Both the position numbers and the translations under genes were made by a program. Source: Lama glama (lineage: Eukaryota). From it: 64,000 nt of DNA. Positions 50,711 through 63,269 of the stretch are shown here, piece after piece (the stretch's first letter is position 1; each line of letters opens with the position of its first letter). Below the pieces are notes generated by a model. The model was not told where the DNA came from, ran no database searches, and worked only from the letters and a program-made list of their open reading frames with translations. Where the stretch lies: NCBI GenBank assembly GCA_028534125.1, contig CM052817.1, forward strand, positions 108,440,001 through 108,504,000. The letters run 5' to 3'.

Positions 50711-51211
50711 AAAAAAAGTCTTAAAAAATGGAAAAAAAAGAACAAAAATGATTTTAGGCTCTAGGTGTAAGGCACATAGAACACTCTGCTCTGAGCAGCC
50801 CTGTTTTGTTTTTGGAAGCAACACTGCAGTGTCTGTGACACCGAAGGTTGAGTTAAGGGAATGAGGAAAAGAAAGGAATATTCTTTTTCACGCCTGTGCG
50901 CTGAGTTATATGTCGAGCAAGAGACTGATGTGGGGACCTCCCCACTCAGCAATTCACCCATCACAGAAGCAGTGACATTAGTCGTCAATAAAAGAACCCA
51001 AAGAAACAAAAACCAAAATAACAAAGAAACCACACACATGACTGGATTTTTTTTTCATGCTGCCCTCATCTTTCATGGCTGGGTCTTCATTTTGATGTTT
51101 AATTATTATGGTTCCAGGATTCAAATGCAAAATTCTGTCTGCAGAGCCTGGAACCCCTCCAAGTGAACTGGCCCCCGAGACTTGGCCATCTCAGGAGAAC
51201 TCTATGTTAAA

Positions 51212-51428
51212 AGGGAGTTTATGGTTTGCAGATGCACACTACTGTATATAAAATAGATAAATAACAAAGTCCTCCTGTATATGGCACAGGGAGCTGCATT
51301 CCATACCTTGTAATAACCTATAATGAAAAAGAATATGAAAAGGAACATATGTACGTAAATGCATGACTGGGACGTTGTGCTGTACACCAGAAATGGACAC
51401 ATTGTAACTGACTGTGCTTCAGTGAAAA
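51212..51428 (+). mobile_element. L1 3' UTR fragment
   Basis: gggagtttatggtttgcagatgcacactactgtatataaaatagataa...tgtaactgactgtgcttcagtgaaaa. Confidence 0.88.
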
Positions 51429-52923
51429 CGGGGGAATTTGAAGAAGGAAGTAGATTTGGAGGTTTGCATGGGATAGCCAGTGCCCCAGCTGCCCCTGTGT
51501 AAACTGTGGGGGTCAGGGCATCCCTGGCAGGGGGCTGGGGTGCAGCCGTGTCTGGACATGGATCTGAGCAAGAAATCGCTCGGCTGGGCCCGCCTGGGCT
51601 CCTCCTGTCTTCCGCCTTTGGCCCTCCATCCTGTTTACTTCCTAGGGCCCAGCATCCCAGGAGAACAACGGGCAATCCCCTCTGTCCGTCCTGCTGACCT
51701 CGTTCCTGCGGCTGCAGACTTGCAGAGTGACTCATGCCTGGGCGGCGCGGCGGGGCTGTCTCAGCCCCGGTGACAGACTTGCCTCCAGCCTTCCTGGTGT
51801 CGGAACTGGGAGACCTGGGCCTCGCCTTCTGCACCAAGTAGCCCTAACCGTTATCTCAAGCACGCTGCAGCAGACCTGAGGATGTCTTCTTCATGCTTGT
51901 TCTGTTTTGGAAACTTTCAGGGCGACCAGAGTCTTTGAAAGCCCAGGACCAGGCCCTGTGAGGGATGTGGGTGCTGTCGGGGCTCCTCCTCTGGTCTGGG
52001 AGGTGAGCTCATCTTCTGAGTCACAGAGGGCTTGGCAGCAGGACCAGAACTTGCGGTCGGCTCTGGGCCCTGGGCTGTGGGCTGCATCCTGACCTGCCCT
52101 TCCGCTCGGGTGGTCCTGATGCAAGTAGGTGACGCCCTGCGAAAAGCAGAGCTCTGCCTTCAGGTGACCTTGGCCCACTGGGGCTCACCCTTGCCTCCGA
52201 AAAGGGATTTGTTGCTTAAAAAAAAAAAATCTTGTGCCCATTCAATGGAGAAACACCTGAAACCCTTGCTCTGACATATTTGTTTATAATGTTCATTGAT
52301 AACCAATAAAATCACCAGGGGTGACTACTGTATGCCTTTGAACAGGTTGGTCTCCTTTTCTGATGTATGCCTTTTGTGTTTCTGGCTAGTTTATTACTCT
52401 AAGCTGTGACATCAGGGCTATTACTTATATTTCTTTTTTAAAATATATTTTTATTGACATATAGTCAGTATACAATGTTCTACCAATTTCTATTATTATT
52501 TTGCTTAATCTGAGGACATATTTCATATTCTAGGTTGTAGATAAGGAGACATTTCAGGATTTCAGTACCTTAAATTTCTTGATTTCTAAAATAATTTTTT
52601 ATTTTCTCTGTGCGGTGTGCATATTAATAAGTAGTGCTTTCTGCAGGACTCACTGTACTCCTGTTTTTCAGATTCTGTAGGCTGTTGTAATAGGTAGGAC
52701 ATAACCTACTTTTATCCATTTTTCGTAAATAATAAATGCTCTGTGATTTACAAGAAGAAATATCAAGGCTGAAGCATCCTGTGGTTGGGATGATAAATTT
52801 TACAAAAGCAACTGTGAGAAGAGGACAGAACATGAGTAGCAGTTTCTTAGTTCTCAGCCGCTGACATGGATGCGATGTGATGGGTGTGTGGGAGCCGAGG
52901 GCTGGACCCTCGGGATAGTGGAC

Positions 52924-53061
52924 CAGTGATGCAGGAGTGAGGCAGTGAGGCAGCGAGGCAGTGGTGCAGGAGTGATGCAGTGATGCAGGAGTGAGGCAGC
53001 GAGGCAGTGGTGCAGGAGTGATGCAGTGATGCAGGAGTGAGGCAGTGAGGCAGTGGTGCGG
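52924..53061. repeat. Minisatellite built from 8- and 11-nt subunits with a 46-54 nt higher-order unit
   Basis: Units start at 52924, 52978 and 53024: cagtgatg-caggagtgagg-cag(t/c)gagg-cagtggtg-caggagtgatg. Confidence 0.88.
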
Positions 53062-53849
53062 GAATAAGGCAGAGAGGCGGGAGTCATCTTGAACCTTGGA
53101 GTGGGTACCACAACAGAGAGGGAGGGAAGCCAGATTGGATACTTCTGAGATTAGAAAGGAAACACACTGCTAAGTCTGGATGGTCATGAAAATCCTCAAG
53201 GTGCTTCTTGCCATATTCCGAGCTGTTAGCCAGCACCCTGAGTAATTGCCTTGCCAGTCAGCTCTGTGGTTTCAGCAGTACGAGTCCTTTGCATCCACCT
53301 CCTGAGCTAAGCTGCTATGTTAAGGGAGAGTGACCTCTTTAACTGGGAGGGGGCGGGCTCTTTAATTAACAAACCCATACATTTATGTTTTTTTTCTTTG
53401 CTTTGGGAAATGAAACTGTGGTGGTTTAGCTACTATAAATTGGAGTTTAGCTTTTTCCCCCTTTTTTCTTTTAAATCTTCAGGGGGTGGGAAGGGATAGA
53501 TTGGGAGTTCAAAATTTGTAGATACTGACAGGCATATGGTTTTTGATTTAGATTTTTGTGCAGGAGGATGCACATTGCTGTCTTTTAAGTTTTTGCTTCT
53601 GAGATTTATATATATATGTGTGTATATATATATTTATATATTATATGTGTGTGTGTACATATATACACACACACATATAATTCTAAATATGACTAAATAT
53701 TAGTGTATTTCCCAGAACATATACTTTTCTTGGGAAAAAAAATTTTTAGAAGAATTTTTTGCTCCAATTTGCTTAATAACTTTGTATCGTCAGTAATGAG
53801 TGCCTGATCTAATCTGTGGTATGGCTGTACCTGAGACATGGAAATAAAT

Positions 53850-54104
53850 GTATATACACATAAATATATGTAAGTATAAAGGTAGTATGTGTATACTATA
53901 AAATATATAGGATAATGTATATGCTATAAAAATATGAAGGTAGTATATGTACTGTAAATACTTAGTGGTAGTATATATATACTACAATGTATATAGTATA
54001 GTGTATGCACTATAAAAAATAAAGGTAGTGTATCTATATACTATAAAATGTTTAGTGTGTATACTATAAAAATACAAAGGCAATATATGTATGTGTATAA
54101 TCAC

Positions 54105-54143
<39 letters not shown>
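53850..54143. repeat. Degenerate AT-rich ~30-nt tandem repeat followed by (CA)n
   Basis: A recurring actataaaa(a)t...aaggtagt(a/g)tat motif, then a CA run at about 54102-54143. Confidence 0.7.
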
Positions 54144-54144
<1 letters not shown>

Positions 54145-54967
54145 CATAAGGGTAGGATATACGGATATACCATAAAGGTGGCAGGTGCACCGCAGGAGAT
54201 GTGCAGACTTAGTCTCGGGGTGAGCGGGGTGCAAGGAGGTGAAGCCCCCTGTCCACCTGCTCCCTCAGCGACAACCTCCTGCTTGCTCATCACGGAGGCC
54301 ACAGGCTCCTGGACGCAGGTGATGCCACGGTGAACCATGTGGATCCCCTGAGTTTGCGCCTCACCTGTGTTGCAGGGCGGAGAGTGGGCGAGGACACACA
54401 CCGAGGTCGCTGTTGTGTGGTCGGTGCTGCGCACTGAGGTGGGGGGGCTGTGCGGCTGTGTGTGTTGAAGTTGAGAGCAGGTTGTGGGGGCCTCTCGAGG
54501 CGGCTTTGTGTTCAGACCCGAGGAGGTGGGACAGAAGGCCTCACAGGCGGGGCCCTTAGCGAGGACTGTGCCGGACACCAAGGGGACACCGGGCAGTGGC
54601 TGGAGCGGTGTGAGCGGGTGAGTGACTTTTCCAAAAGGATTATTGCTTCTGCCGGGGAAGGGGAGAAAACGGTGGCTTGGACCTGCAGGCAGTCGGTGGC
54701 TGATGAGATTTCAGGTCCGCTCTGGTGTTAGAGCTGTCAGAGCATCTGAACCGGTGACTGAGTCGTCAGGACAAGCTGGACGCTCTCGCCCAGGATGTCT
54801 GGCTGGACATCTTGGCCTGTGGCCTTTGTTACGTCTTAGAAGGCTTCCCACCACCTGGTAACTGTACCAGTGGACACACGGCTCAATTGTGACCATGAGA
54901 GGATGTAAAAGATACAAGTTGGTGAGGGATTTTAGTGTTCATTTTTAAAAAAAATTTAGGCATGTAT

Positions 54968-55142
54968 ATTTTTTAAATTGAAGTATAGTCAGTTTACAAT
55001 GTTGTGTCAATTTCTGGTGTCCAGCAAGTCATACATACACATACGTAGATTCCTTTTTGTAGTCTTTGTCATTATAGGTTACTGCAAGGTATTGAATGTA
55101 GTTCCCTGTGTGTACCTTGTTGTTGATCTATTTTATCTACAG
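54968..55142 (-). mobile_element. L1 3' UTR fragment
   Basis: attgaagtatagtcagtttacaatgttgtgtcaatttctggtgt...gttccctgtg. Confidence 0.87.
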
Positions 55143-55334
55143 GAATTAGTATCTTATCGTTCATTTTCAACAATGATAAGCAATCAATGTAGGTGAGTTT
55201 CAGGTCATCCAAAGAGAAGAAAGCAAATGGTGCATGGATTCGGGAGAATGTCCCTAACAGCGTGGCTCCGTGGAAGACGGGCCCGTTTTATTTGTAGCAG
55301 AGGCAGGTAATACTGGAATAAACTCCATTTGATA

Positions 55335-55520
55335 GTAAATATAGCTAACACGTACCGAATGCTCACTGTGCACCTGGCGTGCAGTGATGTACGATTCACA
55401 CACATCCATTCCTTTAACCCTCACCGGCACCCTCTCAGGCCAGAGGCCGGGATAACCGCCTGTGTGAGGAGGATGTCACTCAGCCAAGGTCAGCGTCTCC
55501 AGCCAGGCAGCCCGGCCCCA
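55335..55520 (-). mobile_element. MIR
   Basis: aatatagctaacacgtaccgaatgctcactgtgcacctggc...tttaaccctcac...agccaaggtcagc. Confidence 0.6.
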
Positions 55521-55734
55521 GGGGTGTGCCCGTGACCTCTGCATCCTTCTGCTTGTAACTGCCACTCTGCGTGTTGAAGTCCGGTTAGGACCTGCGCAGA
55601 CGTGTTCATCTTGTGCCCACAGGTCAACGAGGGCTCTGAACGCCGGGGTTTTTCTCTCCTGCATCATATGCTCGTTTTCAGGAAGAGCCTTGGTGTTTAA
55701 GATGAGAAGAACCCCTAAAGGAAGAAAAGTGAAA

Positions 55735-55880
55735 ATATGGCTCCCTGGAGCCTGGAACTGAGTTCCAACCCAGGTTCACCCTCTTGTGAGTTATGTGATG
55801 TGATCTTTGCGGCCTCACCTTTCTAAGCGGCCAAGTCTCTGCTCTGTAAAATTTTAAATTTAATACCTGCCTCACAGAGC
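55735..55880 (+). mobile_element. MIR
   Basis: ctggagcctggaactgagttccaacccagg...tgtgatctttg...ctctgtaaaat..taatacctgcctcacagag. Confidence 0.6.
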
Positions 55881-56097
55881 AAGTCATGAAAACAAGTAGC
55901 GGGTCTGGTCTGCTTCATACACTGGACATACTTTGCCCATATTTCTGGCCCAAGAGGCTGAAAATGAACGTGGGGCTTTCTAAAAACAAAGTGGATAGAA
56001 AGGAAAAAAGAGATTTGATGCTGGAGGCTGTCAGGGCAGTGCAGAGTCACTCCACTGGAGAAGATTAAAGAAATAATCTGCCTGCCTTTACTTACAT

Positions 56098-56247
56098 CAG
56101 TGCTTGGCAGACTGGACTGTTCATCTGAACCCTCTGGGACCTTGCTAAGGTTCACATTAGGCTCAGTAGGCTTGGGGTGGGGCCTGGGGTTCTGTGTTTC
56201 TCACAGCTGCTTCGATGCTGTTCTGTGGACCACACTCTGGCTGCTAG
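56098..56247. mobile_element. MER5A-like DNA transposon
   Basis: ctcagtaggcttggggtggggcctggggttctgtgtttctcacagct...gatgctg..tggaccacactctg. Confidence 0.7.
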
Positions 56248-56878
56248 TGGACCAAACTGGGGTCCGCTCCCTGGCCCCACTGCAGAGCCCAGCCGCTGGT
56301 ACCAGGTGGTGGTGAAGGAAAGTACAGTGTTTACTGAGGCTCCCAGCAAGGAGAACGGGCAGCTTGTGCTCAAAAGACCCAAACTCCTCATGGTTCTCAG
56401 GGAAGGGTTTTTTTAAGGCCACCTCTGGGGTGAAGCTGCAGGGTGTGTCTTTCCTCTGATTGGTTGGTGGTGAGGAAGCAGGGTGGTGTTTCGGAAATCT
56501 TTAATAATCAACTTTCTGGTTCTAACCAGCCTGGGGTCCACCTGCTTGAGGTCAGCAAGTAGTCACCCTCGTCCACATGGACGGGGGTCTTAGTTTCTGC
56601 AGAACAAGGTGAAGATATGTGTCAGATTGTTACGTGTATCCCTTGAGGAGGAACCAGGACTCTGTTTTATCTCTGAACTGTTTTTGTTACTTTTCTGGCT
56701 TAATTGTTTTTCCTGTGTTTCTGCGTTCCCTCCCTTCCCTTATTAGTCACTGCATGAGTCTGCTCTTTGGGACTCAGGCAAGACCTAGGAGACCGAAGCC
56801 TTTTTCTGCAAACAAGAAACAGGGGCTTCAGAGGGCCTCTTGTACCTGGGAGGGCTCCCTGGGGTCCTGCTGGTTTCA
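56248..56878 (-). mobile_element. ERV-type solo LTR (family unassigned)
   Basis: Ends ...gggagggctccctggggtcctgctggtttca (TG start on the minus strand). It contains ctgattggttgg (CCAAT on minus) and ttttttaaggc (TATA-like on minus). The left boundary is approximate. Confidence 0.7.
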
Positions 56879-57466
56879 TGTCCAGCAAAGACTTATCCAG
56901 AATGGTCCATGAAGCACGCGGGAAGTTACAGTGGCCGGCACTCAGGTCAGTATCAGGGAAGCATTTTCCCAGAGCTTCTCCGAGGTGATGGGGCTGCATC
57001 CCCGCTGACGTGTGGATACTGCTGATGCTCTGGAGGGTGAACCAGATCCGAATCTTTCCCTGCCCATTGGTCCCCATTACCCTCGGGTAGAAGTGAGTAC
57101 AGCATTTAAGCGTTGTCGGTTCAGGAGGTTCCTGGGGAAGAGAGTTTGAGTCTCTCTGGACAGTGAGACCACCAGGCACAGATGTTTCAGCGGAGACTCA
57201 GTCGCTGAGAAGGTGGTCAGACGAGGTGACCATGTTCCCTGTAGCCTTGTGATGGGGCTTTAAATCAAATATGGATGCTTCCATATCTTGGCAATTATAA
57301 ATAGTGTTGCTGTTAATAGCAGGTTGTATGTACCTTTTTGAGTTAATTCTTATTTTGCAGTTGGCTTTATTCCTTTGATAACTATGTAAGTTGAAAAAGC
57401 TAAAGCTCTAAACGTTCTTAGAAACAATGGACAGTACATATATGTAAATTTAAAAATATAGGTGCC

Positions 57467-58000
57467 ATTAAAAAAAAAAAAGAAATGAGCTATCAAGCCA
57501 TGGAAGACATGGAAGTGACTTAAAAGACACATTACTAAATGAAAGAAGCCAGTCTGAAAAGGCTACAAACTGTACGATTCCAACTAAATGACATTCTGGA
57601 AAAGGCACAGCTACAGGAACAATAAAAAGATCGTGTTGTCCAGGGGTCTGGGTGGGGGAGGGAGGAATGAATAGATGGAGCACAGGGGATTTTTAAGGTG
57701 ATGAATTATTCTGTATGATACTATAGTGGTGGCTACATGTCATTATGCATTTGTCAAAGCCCATAGAATGTACAACATCAAGAGTGAGCCCTAATGTAAA
57801 CGATGGACTTTGGTTGATAATAATGTGCCCATGTTGCTTCATCGATTGTACCAAATATGCCTCACTGATGAGGGATGTTGAGGGTAGCGGAGTGTTTATG
57901 TGTGGGTGGGGAGGGCTATGTGTGAACTCTGTATTTTCTGCTCAATTCTGTTGTGAACCTGAAACTGCTCTAAAAGAATGGAAGTCTATTAAAAAAAAAA
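57467..58000 (+). mobile_element. L1MC1/2-like 3' end
   Basis: aagaagccagtctgaaaaggctaca..tgacattctggaaaaggca, atgtcattatgcatttgtcaaagcccatagaatgtacaac, tgtgaacctgaaactgctctaaaa, then poly(A). Confidence 0.88.
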
Positions 58001-58804
58001 GTCAAACACGGTCTCCTGGGGAAAGCCATAATCTGAGATCCCTATGTTGTCTCTTTAACACAAGCAACTAACCTGAAATCTCAGGTTTCCTGAGTTTTAC
58101 ATGGAAGCTGTTTACTGTATTCATAGTCATGTCTATGTCACACACACACGCGTGCTCACCCACACGTGCACACACCTGCACGCACACCCCGCACACCCCC
58201 ACTAGGCATCATGTGGTGCCGTGTCTTTAATTATCGTGACCAGTGTTTTCCCTCAGTTTTACACCATGGTAGTGTGTGCACTTGCTGTTTCTCCAAAGTT
58301 CTCGAACTCTAACCTTCTAGAAGCGTCAGTGGACAGGCCGTCCTAGGGACACAAGGACCCTCTGCTTCCTTCTGCAGTGTTCGCACAGCTGGGACGTGAC
58401 CGGGAAAGCAGTGCCTCTTTCCGGGGAGTGTGTCTCCCCTCCTCCTGCTCGATCGTAAAGGTGTATTTTCCAGGATTTCCAGACCTGTCACCTGTGGGAT
58501 GGTCGTGATCTTATGCTTTGTGGGTATTTTCCCCATGAGACAAGACGAGCTAGAAAAATAAAGGGCATTGGGTGAGGGGTGAGGGCACAGGCTGTCTGAA
58601 TCCTGCTTGCCGTGGGCCCCGGACCCTCCTGTGCTGGCCAGCCTCCAGGCGCGTGAGCACAAGGGAATGGCATGCATTTACGCTCGGGGAAGGCAGACCC
58701 TGAGCGCTGTCCGCCGAGGGCGTGCAGGCCCTTTTATGGTCAACAGGGGCTTCCCTCTGGCCTGTCGGCAGATGGCAAGGCTCAGTGCTCCAGGGTATGT
58801 TAGT

Positions 58805-58944
58805 CTTTCTTTTCTTTTTTTCTTTTTTAGGTGGGGGAGGTAATTAGGTTTATTTATTTATTCTTTGGAGGAGGTACTGGGGATTGAACCCAGGACCTCA
58901 TGTACACTAAGCACGCGCTCTCCCACTTGAGCTGTGCCCTCCCC
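58805..58944 (-). mobile_element. Vic-1-like SINE
   Basis: gggggaggtaattaggtttatttattt..gaggtactggggattgaacccaggacctc..gagctgtgccctcccc. Confidence 0.9.
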
Positions 58945-59799
58945 GCCGCCCCCAAGTGTATTTTAAATGATACCATCCATGAGAGTGGTTTCCCAAGCTG
59001 GCTTCCTTTTGTGAAATCTTAGAAACGGTTTTGCGGTGTTTCCCTTTATTCAGTGAAAGTTCGTCTGGGAACTCGTGAAGGCTTTTATGCAGAAAGACAG
59101 AGTTTTTATCTTGTTTTTGTCAATGTCTCCTCTAATCCTGTTCAATTTTCAGTTTTATCAGTAGGTTCTGCTGACAAAGTAGGCAGGACCTTATTATTTT
59201 GGTCATGTTTTGTTATGTTCAGAATCGCTTGTGCTCCTTCCAGGAATATACGGTATCTTATTCTGGGGCTTAAGTAACTTCCACATTTGTCTTTGAGGAA
59301 GAGTCTCGGGGAATTCTATACCCCAGGAAAGTATTAGCCAGCCTGAAAGGTCCGTGGGTGAGTCATTTTAGGAAACATTTCTGAGCAAATGCTTAATTGG
59401 TGTTTTTCTTTTGATTTGACCTTATTTTTAATAGCAGATATTATTAACATTGATCATAGTAACATTATTTGAAAAGTGATGCCTTCTAGAAACTGAAGGA
59501 CCTAACAAGAAACCACACTTGTCCCCTCAGCACAGTTTTGCTATGAAAGATGCCTGCATGCCCAGCTTTAAATCCAAGATTTTCTCTAAAATCACAGCAT
59601 CGAGTCTGCAGAGAGGTGATGACTTTTCATGGCTGTGGCCGCCTCGTCCTGTCCGGTTTCTTCTCTGTAAGGAAACACTTCACCTGCGTGGAGAACATTT
59701 TAAATAGCATGACTTATAAACTGTGTCTGTTGATCACTGCATCTGTGTGGCGTCCCTGCTAGTTCCTGACTCAGTCCTGACCACCAACCATATGCAGGA

Positions 59800-60616
59800 C
59801 CAGTGGTCCAGCCCTCTTGATCTTCAGAGGCTTTTATCCTGGTGAAGACAATTGATGATGCCAAAGATCTTTTGTTTCTATAGATTAAACAGACTCACAG
59901 ACATAGAAAACAAACTTATGGTTACTAGTGGAGGGGGTGGGTGGAGAGGGTGGGAAAGGATAAATTGGAAGTTCGAGATTTGCAAATACTAACTAATATA
60001 CATAGAACAGATAAACAACAAGTTTATACTGTACAGCACTGGGAACTATATTCAGTATCTTGTGGTGACTTACAGTGATAAAGAATATGAAAATGAATAC
60101 ATATATGTTCACATATGACTGAAACATTATGCCATGCACCAGAAATTGACACAACATTGTAAACTGACTATACTTCAATAAAAATATATTAAAAAATCAA
60201 TCGATATATATTTTAGCTTTTCTTATTTAATTTTTTTAATTTTTATTTTTGTGTTGAATTACAGTCAGTTCACAATGCTGTGTCAAACTACTGATGTTTA
60301 CCATGTTAGAAATTAAACTGAGGATGCTTAAACACACTTCTTTAGAAATAGCTGTGATAAATATTACTATGATTTATGAAAACATAATTACAGTTTTCCA
60401 AAGCAGACACAGTGGTGTGTTTTATAGTGTCTGGACATCGCTCTTGTGTCTGGCTTGCTGGAAGGCAGCTGAATTCTCCTGTCTGGCTCTGCGCTCGGTC
60501 TGCTGTGATGCTGTGCACTGGGGAACCCCGAGACGACACCACTGCACATTTGTGGGAAAAGAACATTGACCTCAGACACCCCCAAATGCTCCCGGAGAGC
60601 ACTTTGAGAACCCCTG
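59800..60616. mobile_element. hAT-Charlie element (MER119-like, tentative) interrupted by L1 insertions
   Basis: Left end cagtggtcc...gccaaagatcttttgtttcta. It resumes at ~60290 with tgatgtttaccatgttagaaattaaactgag. Right end cactttgagaacccctg. Confidence 0.55.
59888..60195 (+). mobile_element. L1 3' UTR fragment
   Basis: aacagactcacagacatagaaaacaaacttatggttac...aaactgactatacttcaataaaaa. Confidence 0.92.
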
Positions 60617-60980
60617 TGCCAGCTGTGAGTGGCACAAAGAGCCACTACTCCTGGCTTTGATGGACCTGAGTGGGGTGGATCCTCATAGTTCGTGCCGTTT
60701 TCCTTCTTAATTAGTACTCGTAACTCTCCCGCTTCAGTAAAGTCTACGAAAAGACTCCTTGTTTTTGATTCTCACTCCCTGGTTTATTTTTCTGGTTCGC
60801 ATTATTAAACATTGAGTGAGTGGATAAAATGAACTGTTGATGGTGTTGAATATAAATTTTCTAATTCTATATTGAGGCCATTTATTCTACAAGTCTGGAC
60901 ATGACTCCAGTAGCTTAGAGAACCCCTCTGGGTGAAGTGCTAGACTCTCTGAACTTTTTCAGGATACTTGGGACTGTATA

Positions 60981-61198
60981 CAGCTGACCCTTGAACATCC
61001 CAGGTTTGAATTGCACGGGTCCACTTATACGCGGATTTTTTTGCATAGTAAATATACGGTACTGTACAATGCAAGGTTGGCTGAATCTTAGGCTGCAGGA
61101 GAACCGCGGGTTGAGAGGGCTGACTGTAACTTATATGTGGGTTTTCTGCTTCGCAGAGGGTTGGCGCCCCAGCCCCCACATTGTTCAAGATTCAACTG
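60981..61198. mobile_element. Tigger2a-like non-autonomous TcMar element (MITE)
   Basis: TIRs cagctgacccttgaaca / tgttcaagattcaactg, flanked by TA on both sides. Internal tttgaattgcacgggtccacttatacgcggatttttt. Confidence 0.92.
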
Positions 61199-61833
61199 TA
61201 CTAAAACACTTAGGGAAAAAAATGCTGCTTTCAAATTTGAAGATAATTGATTTTATGTAACAATAAGATGGCTTCCTTCGTCGTTCCTCGACTACAAGTC
61301 AGCAGTTTCATTCTTTAAATGCGTATTTCTGGTAATTCACCTAGTTCAGCGGGATAACAGGCTTTTGTGTATGAAGAGTCTGTCTGAATGATTATTAATT
61401 GTTTCAGGTCTTACAAAGAAATGAGAAAGTCAGTTCTTTTTAATTTTTTATTTCTTTTGGCACGGAGAAAAGCAGAGTTGCACAGCGACTGCAGTAACTT
61501 CCCAGTTCCCCAGACTTTCCCAGTAAGACGGCATCGTCTGTCGGGAACCCTTGTAGGTTCAGCTCCATCTTCACTCTGCGTCCTTCACCATGAAGCTGGT
61601 ATCAGGGTGGACAGTGTTGTGGCCCACGGGCAACACCTGCCAAGTAGCTTGAAGACGGAGGTTCAAAGTTAGGACTCACAGTTACTACATATCAAGTGCT
61701 TAGAATCAGTGTTTCTTAGATGAATATGTTAATTTTATTTCTTCTGCAGACACACCTATGTCATCATGTTTTCATAAGCTATTTTATTTAAGCAAATCAC
61801 TCTTTAATTATGCTGTGATAAGACATTTTCTTT

Positions 61834-62352
61834 TAACATTTTTTATTGATTTATAATCATTTTACAATGTTGTGTCAAATTCCAGTGTAGAGCACAATTT
61901 TTCAGTCATACATGAACATATATATATTCATTGTTACATTTTTTTCTCTGTGAGCTATCATAAGATCTTGTATATATTTCCCTGTGCTATACAGTATAAT
62001 CTTGTTTATCTATTCTATAGTTTTGAAATCCCAGTCTATCTCTTCCCACCCCCACCCCCTTGGCAACCACAAGTTTGTATTCTATGTCTGTGAATCTATT
62101 TCTGTTTTGTATTTATGCTTTGTTTGTTTGTTTTTGTTTTTGTTTTTTAGATTCCACATATGAGTGATCTCATATGGTATTTTTCTTTCTCTTTCTGGCT
62201 TACTTCACTTAGAATGACATTCTCCAGGAGCATCCATGTTGCTGCAAATGGCGTTATGTTGTCGGTGCTTATGGCTGAGTAGTATTCCATTGTATAAATA
62301 TAGTACATCTTCTTTATCCAGTCATCTGTTGATGGACATTTAGGCTATTTCC
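61834..62352 (-). mobile_element. Young 5'-truncated L1 with a long perfect flanking duplication
   Basis: L1 ORF2 end and 3' UTR on the minus strand. The sequence atgctgtgataagacattttcttt is identical at 61810-33 and 62353-76. Confidence 0.95.
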
Positions 62353-63269
62353 ATGCTGTGATAAGACATTTTCTTTGTCTACACTCTTTGGCTCATAATA
62401 CAGTTCTGAAGTGAACTCCTCTTTGCCATTTGAATGAAAAATGCGTTTTCCTAACTGTGAGATTCGCATAGACTCATCAAGGTTCAAGCCTTCTTTTATG
62501 AGCCTCCTTTTTTTAGGTTATGAGAGGAAAATTCAGCCCATGATAGGATTTTCCTTCATGTTGAGTTGAACAGGCTTGTTGCTTCTTGTTTCTGTAGCTG
62601 ACTCACTGAGTTATTTTTCTAGTGAATTCACTTTGTTCACGATATCATCATTACAAGTTTACACCTATGTCATATAATATAATTTAAGAAAATATTTGGA
62701 ACCAGAAAAAGAAATAACTCTAGAGTGGTGGTATAGTAACTACAGTAGAGCTTGGACTGTGGTGTGTGGCCTGGCACACCACTGAGCTTAAAGAATAATG
62801 ATATATAAATTAAATGCCAAAGATTCTTTAATTAATAAATAAATCAGGCCTAGACTTTATTTATCCAAAGGCTGAGTGAGGGAGAGACCATCGTACAGTT
62901 TGGGTAGATTTGTGCGCAGTACTAAATCACAAATCCCAGACCCTAAGGCAGTTTATTCTGTATTGGTTTTGACATCTGCTTAAATGAAATATAATATTTG
63001 ATAGTAATACAATCTTTATCCCAAATCAAATTTGATTTAAAAACTTTAAATTCCTGTAATATTTTCCTAAATACTGAAAAATATCATTAGATAAACTGCT
63101 TACATTATTAATAGTTGATTTATACAAGAAAGCTTTAACTATGCAGAATATTGATAATTTCCAGATTTTTAAATAAAAATGTCTAAAATTTGCTTACCAA
63201 TTTTAATATTCCTTGCACAGCTTTTATAATTTTTCTACATATGATGTTGACACATTTCAAGTTCCTTTT

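Noticed and set aside
52924..53061. Possible CRISPR-like array
   Set aside because: There are no unique spacers. It is a eukaryotic minisatellite.
53440..53545. Possible twin-primed (inverted) L1 insertion: a T-rich tract plus a sense L1 piece without a tail
   Set aside because: The candidate TSD is too degenerate to support the call.
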